A stretch of 49,437 bases of DNA, from the IMG/VR virus record IMGVR_UViG_3300020045_001925, positions 1 to 49,437 of that record, one strand, 5' to 3'. The position numbers were made by a program, and so were the translations under genes. Below the pieces are notes generated by a model that was not told where the DNA came from, ran no database searches, and worked only from the letters and a program-made list of their open reading frames with translations. Numbering within the stretch: the first letter of the stretch is position 1; every line of letters starts with the position of its first letter. Shown piece by piece: positions 45,230 through 49,437 of this stretch. Source of the DNA: a virus. Taxonomy: Duplodnaviria; Caudoviricetes.

Positions 45230-45741
45230 GCGGAAAATATGCAGGAACGACCACCGATGACGCACATCGAGACTATTGGCGAACCCCGCCAAGTATTTTT
45301 AATCCTTTGAATGCAATTTTTAATTTCGAACTAGACCTTGCTGCATCAGATTCCAACCATTTGTGCGAATTTTACTTTTCGGAAAATGATAACGCGCTTG
45401 ATAAGACATTGATTCATGTTATCGGCACGGGGGCTATTTGGTGTAACCCTCCGTATTCCGACATCATGCCTTGGGTCAATAAATGCATTGAACTAAGCGA
45501 AGGTCGTAATGTGGTGATGTTGATACCGGCTGACACAAGCGTTAAATGGTTTGCAAAAGCGTTCGAAAATTGTTGCGAGTGTATTTTTTTGGAAGGTAGG
45601 GTGTCATTTATACATGCTGAATCAGGTATTCCAAAATCTGGAAACAATAAAGGAAGTGTTCTTTTTGTTTTCAATTCGTCACGAGCTGGGCGAATTGTCC
45701 GAATGATTCACCGAGATAAACTGTCGGGGCTATTAAAATGA
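45226..45741 (+). CDS. Phage N6-adenine DNA methyltransferase (Dam-like)
   Basis: WRTP, LDLAAS, WCNPPYS, TSVKWF. Confidence 0.88.
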   Translation: MSGKYAGTTTDDAHRDYWRTPPSIFNPLNAIFNFELDLAASDSNHLCEFYFSENDNALDKTLIHVIGTGAIWCNPPYSDIMPWVNKCIELSEGRNVVMLIPADTSVKWFAKAFENCCECIFLEGRVSFIHAESGIPKSGNNKGSVLFVFNSSRAGRIVRMIHRDKLSGLLK

Positions 45742-45962
45742 AACTTCACATATTATTCGCATGTGGCGAGCCTATCGCCGTTAGCAAAGTGCCATTCGTA
45801 TTGCCCGAATACGGGAATAAATCCACATTGGAGCAGCGCGTATACGAGCCGACCGTGACGGTGCGTGAGGCGCTGGAATGGGTCGATAAGGACTTGCCGT
45901 CAAGCGGCATTTATGGTGATGACGGGTACACTGTTGCGGATTTGCAAGCGAGTAAACCATGA
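45738..45962 (+). CDS. Hypothetical protein
   Basis: ATGA coupling at both ends. Confidence 0.6.
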   Translation: MKLHILFACGEPIAVSKVPFVLPEYGNKSTLEQRVYEPTVTVREALEWVDKDLPSSGIYGDDGYTVADLQASKP

Positions 45963-46435
45963 ACCTCAACCAATGGGCAATCCGTCACGGTGTGTCACAT
46001 GTGGCCTTGGCTGACTTGCGGGCAATGATGGGTATCAGTACCGACTTACCCGCTGCGGAGCACAAGGAAGGCAGTGAGGCGCATGTTCAACAAGCGATAC
46101 GCCTCGAAGCGTCACGGCTCGGGCTGCGGGTGTGGCGCAACAATGTTGGCGCGTGCAAGGACGCCACGGGGCGAATGATTCGCTACGGACTGTGCAATGA
46201 CTCAGCGCAATTGAATAAACATGTCAAGAGTGGCGACTTGATCGGCATTCGCCCCGTAGTGATTCAATCGTCACATGTTGGGCAGATCATTGGGCAATTT
46301 GTCAGCCGCGAGGTTAAGGCGTCAAACTGGCGATACACTGGCAGCGAGCGGGAAGTGGCGCAACTGGCGTGGATCAATTTAATCGTGTCGCTCGGCGGCG
46401 ATGCGTGCTTTGCAAATGCGGAGGGTACGTTGTGA
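45959..46435 (+). CDS. VRR-NUC domain nuclease
   Basis: SEAHVQ, WRNNVG, SGDLIG, REVK, Q..W...GG. Confidence 0.8.
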   Translation: MNLNQWAIRHGVSHVALADLRAMMGISTDLPAAEHKEGSEAHVQQAIRLEASRLGLRVWRNNVGACKDATGRMIRYGLCNDSAQLNKHVKSGDLIGIRPVVIQSSHVGQIIGQFVSREVKASNWRYTGSEREVAQLAWINLIVSLGGDACFANAEGTL

Positions 46436-46486
46436 TTAGTGTGGGAAAACGTGTATAATACTATTTTGAGCTTTGGAATCCCATAA

Positions 46487-46957
46487 ATGTTACATCGCAA
46501 TGCACGAGATTTGACTGGATTGAAAGTAGGCATGCTCACGGTATTAAGGAATAACGGTCGTACTTCGGACGGTCACTTGGCTTGGGATTGTCTGTGTGAA
46601 TGCGGCAAACAAAAATTAATATCGTCGAATAGTTTAGTCAGGAAAAACCCTGTCAAATCCTGTGGGTGTATGAACGCGATTACCGCAAGAGTTAAATTGA
46701 AATCCCTGTCGTGGAATAAAGATAAAACTTACACCATACGAAATGGCGGTCACGAATATGCAACAAGACACGCATGGGCAAATGCTGCAATACGTGTATT
46801 TGGGAACAAATGTGAAATATGCGGATGGTGTGCTGCGAGGTGTGATGTACACCATAAGATTTCACGATGCGATGGGGGAACACACACTTTAGGAAACGCC
46901 CAAGTATTATGTCCAAATCATCATCGAGAAATTCATGAAATATCTATCACTGTTTAG
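46487..46957 (+). CDS. HNH endonuclease
   Basis: DLTG..GMLTV..W.C.CECG N-terminus; CEICG..DVHH..GGT..N..LCPNHH. Confidence 0.88.
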   Translation: MLHRNARDLTGLKVGMLTVLRNNGRTSDGHLAWDCLCECGKQKLISSNSLVRKNPVKSCGCMNAITARVKLKSLSWNKDKTYTIRNGGHEYATRHAWANAAIRVFGNKCEICGWCAARCDVHHKISRCDGGTHTLGNAQVLCPNHHREIHEISITV

Positions 46958-48248
46958 CGGAATCGACGCAGCATCCGTAGCATGGTTACCATTAGGGTGG
47001 GAATGTGTAGGATTAGCCGAAATAGAACCATTTCCCAACGCTGTACTTTCGTATCATTACCCCAATATTCGCAATTTCGGTAACGTAATGGGCGACACAT
47101 TTATTCAAGACGTAGCGTCTACGTTACCAGACATAGTAATAGGAGGAAGTCCTTGTCAATCATTCAGCGTGGCGGGGTTGCGCCAATCACTAAATGACAG
47201 TCGCGGGGAATTATCTCTACGATACATTCAAATAATAGAGGCATTGGATGCAGCTCGAATTAGTAATGGACTGGAACCCGTCATCGTTGTTTACGAAAAC
47301 GTACCCGGTATGCTCAACACCAACGACAACGCGTTCGGATGCTTTCTTGGCGCTCTTTCCGGAGAAGATGATGCGCTCGAACCGCCAGGGGGTAAATGGT
47401 CGAACGCTGGTGCTGTGTTTGGACCCCAAAGGACAATCGCTTGGGTCGTCAAAGACGCCCAATATTTCGGAGTGGCCCAACGACGCCGTCGTGTGTTCCT
47501 TGTCGCAAGTGCTCGAAAAGACTTCGATCCCACAACGGTTCTTTTTGAGTCCGAAGGCGTGCGCCGGGATATTGCGCCGCGCCGAGAGTCGGTGCAAAGT
47601 GTTACCTACCCAGTTGCACCGTGCCTTACTAGCAGCGGTCGAGGCGTCGAGCGAATCGGAGAAACACGAGGTCAAGACCCTGTAGTGGCGGTACAAACTT
47701 TTGACCGTCAATCTAGCGGCGAGTATGGATCAGCAGCCATTGTGGATGCAATGGCTGCTCGGGATTACAAGTCCGCAAGTGACTTGATCGCCTACGGAAT
47801 CCCCGGTAACTGGATCGGGCGCGAGCCGAAGAATGGCGGCAATGCCGTTGCGCCAATGGTCGATATTGCACCGTGTCAGACCAAGACGGACGTGCACGGT
47901 GTGGCTTTTACCCCGTTTGAAGTCGCAGGTACGATGAAATCATGTAATCAATCTGGCGGGTTTAGTAATTCTATCGACCATGCTGCGGGCGGTTACATGG
48001 CGCTACAGGGTGAAATGCAAGTTCGCAAATTAACACCCGTAGAGTGTGAGCGCTTACAAGGGTTCCCCGATACGTATACCGCGATCCCTTGGCGCGGCAA
48101 ATCCGCCGAAGATTGTCCGGATGGTCCACGGTATAAAGCGCTTGGAAATAGTATGGCAGTTCCGTGTATTACTTGGATCGGACAGCGCATACTTGACCAC
48201 CGCGCCAGAGTGTCGCATAATGACGATTTAGACAGGAGTATTACATGA
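46935..48248 (+). CDS. DNA cytosine-5 methyltransferase
   Basis: Motifs I FSGI, IV GSPCQ, VI ENV, VIII QRRRR, IX RKLTPVECERLQGFP, X GNS. Confidence 0.93.
   Translation: MKYLSLFSGIDAASVAWLPLGWECVGLAEIEPFPNAVLSYHYPNIRNFGNVMGDTFIQDVASTLPDIVIGGSPCQSFSVAGLRQSLNDSRGELSLRYIQIIEALDAARISNGLEPVIVVYENVPGMLNTNDNAFGCFLGALSGEDDALEPPGGKWSNAGAVFGPQRTIAWVVKDAQYFGVAQRRRRVFLVASARKDFDPTTVLFESEGVRRDIAPRRESVQSVTYPVAPCLTSSGRGVERIGETRGQDPVVAVQTFDRQSSGEYGSAAIVDAMAARDYKSASDLIAYGIPGNWIGREPKNGGNAVAPMVDIAPCQTKTDVHGVAFTPFEVAGTMKSCNQSGGFSNSIDHAAGGYMALQGEMQVRKLTPVECERLQGFPDTYTAIPWRGKSAEDCPDGPRYKALGNSMAVPCITWIGQRILDHRARVSHNDDLDRSIT
47248..47685 (+). CDS. Overprinted alternative-frame ORF inside the methylase (beta-subunit-like)
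   Basis: SLSQVLE..PQRFFLSPKACAGILRRA..LP..L..AL; GAGG upstream of ATG. Confidence 0.5.
   Translation: MQLELVMDWNPSSLFTKTYPVCSTPTTTRSDAFLALFPEKMMRSNRQGVNGRTLVLCLDPKGQSLGSSKTPNISEWPNDAVVCSLSQVLEKTSIPQRFFLSPKACAGILRRAESRCKVLPTQLHRALLAAVEASSESEKHEVKTL
48193..48221 (+). promoter_or_regulatory. Promoter with TTGAC-N6-GCCA motif
   Basis: TTGACC-17-CATAAT just upstream of TetR-like gene. Confidence 0.6.
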
Positions 48249-48535
48249 CACCGAAAGCATCACATGAGGCTATTTTGGACGCAGCGATGCATTTTGCTGC
48301 ACTTGATGGCTATAACAATCTTCGCCGTGATCCTATTGCGCTACGTGCCGGCGTGGCGAATGGTTCAGTCACCAATCTGGCGGGCAATATGCAAGGTTTG
48401 CAAGATCAAGTTATGCGCCGCGCCGTAGCGACTGAACATTTGGGTATCGTTGCGCAAGGTTTGGCGCATGGCGACCCCATTGCACAGCAAGCGCCGGACG
48501 AATTAAAGCGCAAAGCCCTCGCCAATCTGTTATAA
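48245..48535 (+). CDS. TetR-like HTH transcriptional regulator
   Basis: AILDAAMHFAALDGYNNLRRDPIALRAGVANGSV matches TetR N-terminal HTH; AGGAG SD. Confidence 0.75.
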   Translation: MTPKASHEAILDAAMHFAALDGYNNLRRDPIALRAGVANGSVTNLAGNMQGLQDQVMRRAVATEHLGIVAQGLAHGDPIAQQAPDELKRKALANLL

Positions 48536-48555
48536 CCGCACACCACGCACCGCAC
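48535..48555 (+). repeat. 21-bp direct repeat (second copy 49092-49112)
   Basis: ACCGCACACCACGCACCGCAC on both sides of ORF 48571-49092. Confidence 0.9.
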
Positions 48556-48570
48556 TAGGGATCGACATAA

Positions 48571-49092
48571 ATGAAAATTGAGCAAAGCACGGTACGCAAA
48601 TTATTAATAAGCGGCGTTGACCAGCTTGACCCATTAACTGTGATTATTGAAGAATTTAAGCTTGGTGAGTGTCGAGTAATTATCACTTGTTATGGCGATT
48701 CATGGACTGCGTACTGGGGCAGCATGGGCGGTACACTGGCTGAGTTTTTCGCACGGACAAGCCCCTGCTACTTGGTCGGATGCTTTGCCCCAGCATTGCA
48801 AAGCATCATCAGTGACGCCGAAGGCTTGCCGTCATTCCTACGCAAAGAAATCATTAATCAGCGTAGAAAAAAGGATATTGATAAACGAACAGCGCGAGAG
48901 CTGTTTGATAACGTTTGGGATATGGGGTCTCCCAACGAGGATAAATCTTTAATGGATGACATTTTCGGTAATGAATGGTGGTTTACCGATTTCCCTACAA
49001 TCACCAATCCAAACTATGAATACTTGACGCGAATTGTTGAGGCGGTTCAAGCCGCAGTTAAAGAGACACATGAAATAACACCCATTGTCTGA
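48571..49092 (+). CDS. Hypothetical protein
   Basis: LDPLTV..G..IITCYG.SWTAYWGSMG family pattern. Confidence 0.75.
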   Translation: MKIEQSTVRKLLISGVDQLDPLTVIIEEFKLGECRVIITCYGDSWTAYWGSMGGTLAEFFARTSPCYLVGCFAPALQSIISDAEGLPSFLRKEIINQRRKKDIDKRTARELFDNVWDMGSPNEDKSLMDDIFGNEWWFTDFPTITNPNYEYLTRIVEAVQAAVKETHEITPIV

Positions 49093-49122
49093 CCGCACAC
49101 CACGCACCGCACAGAGGCAATC

Positions 49123-49437
49123 ATGCATCAATTACCACCCGCGTTAGCGGCTATGGGCGATTTTGCCCAATTTATGATCTACAAACTCGTTCCGTCTACT
49201 TCCCGCCCCGGTAAAACTGATAAATTCCCATGCAATGTGGTCACAGGTGATGTTGTCGGCGCGCATGACTCACGACATTGGGTCAGCGCCGATACGGCAT
49301 GCATCGAAGCGACCCGACGCGGTGCAGGCTGGGGCGTGGCGTTCGTCTTGACCGACGACGATCCGTTTTTCTTTATTGATATTGATAATTGTCAATCAGG
49401 CGGTCAATGGTCACAATTGGCGACAAATCTTTGCGCG
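49123..49437 (+). CDS. Primase-helicase, 5' part (continues into ORF at 20)
   Basis: MHQLPPALAAMGDFAQFMIYKL..GKTDKFP; GAGG SD; in frame with 20..2182 across the overlap. Confidence 0.88.
   Translation, partial: MHQLPPALAAMGDFAQFMIYKLVPSTSRPGKTDKFPCNVVTGDVVGAHDSRHWVSADTACIEATRRGAGWGVAFVLTDDDPFFFIDIDNCQSGGQWSQLATNLCA
49317..49437. repeat. Terminal overlap (identical to 1-121)
   Basis: Direct comparison. Confidence 0.97.

Noticed and set aside
1-49437. Lysogeny module, or reverse-transcriptase/DGR system
   Set aside because: No integrase, CI/Cro pair, ParA or reverse transcriptase motifs recognised, and no template/variable repeat pair seen near the tailspike.

Overview
The window is a complete, circularly assembled tailed-phage genome of about 49.3 kb. 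Bases 1-121 are identical to 49317-49437, and the primase-helicase gene runs across that join. It is a small contractile-tailed (dwarf myovirus-like) phage with a gene set reminiscent of phiPLPE/JD001-type phages of Proteobacteria. Morphogenesis genes: terminase, portal, MuF, DUF2213 protease/scaffold, DUF2184 capsid, sheath, tube, short tape measure, baseplate and tailspike. Other core genes: SAR endolysin, family-B-like DNA polymerase, SSB, Cas4-like nuclease, SF2 helicase, Dam- and Dcm-like methylases, VRR-NUC and two homing-type endonucleases. No integrase or CI-type repressor was recognised, so it is probably lytic. All protein calls are from recognised motifs and gene order, not database searches. 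The most unusual material is non-coding or sub-60-codon. (1) A ~1 kb minus-strand structured RNA array (20690-21724) has its own promoter, four 16-21 bp stems (three sharing ACCAACATT/AATGTTGGT ends), two tRNA T-arms, a kissing-loop module and a repeated GAAAGA hairpin. (2) A predicted ~50-nt antisense sRNA in the baseplate operon (30045-30097) has a seed complementary to the ribosome-binding sites of several replication/early genes. (3) A translationally coupled operon links a repeat peptide (DIGGRGxPAKN x2), a multi-pass membrane protein and holin-like genes, next to the endolysin. (4) A TTGAC-N6-GYCA palindrome overlaps the -35 box of about 11 promoters. (5) There are two diverged copies of an origin-like element.
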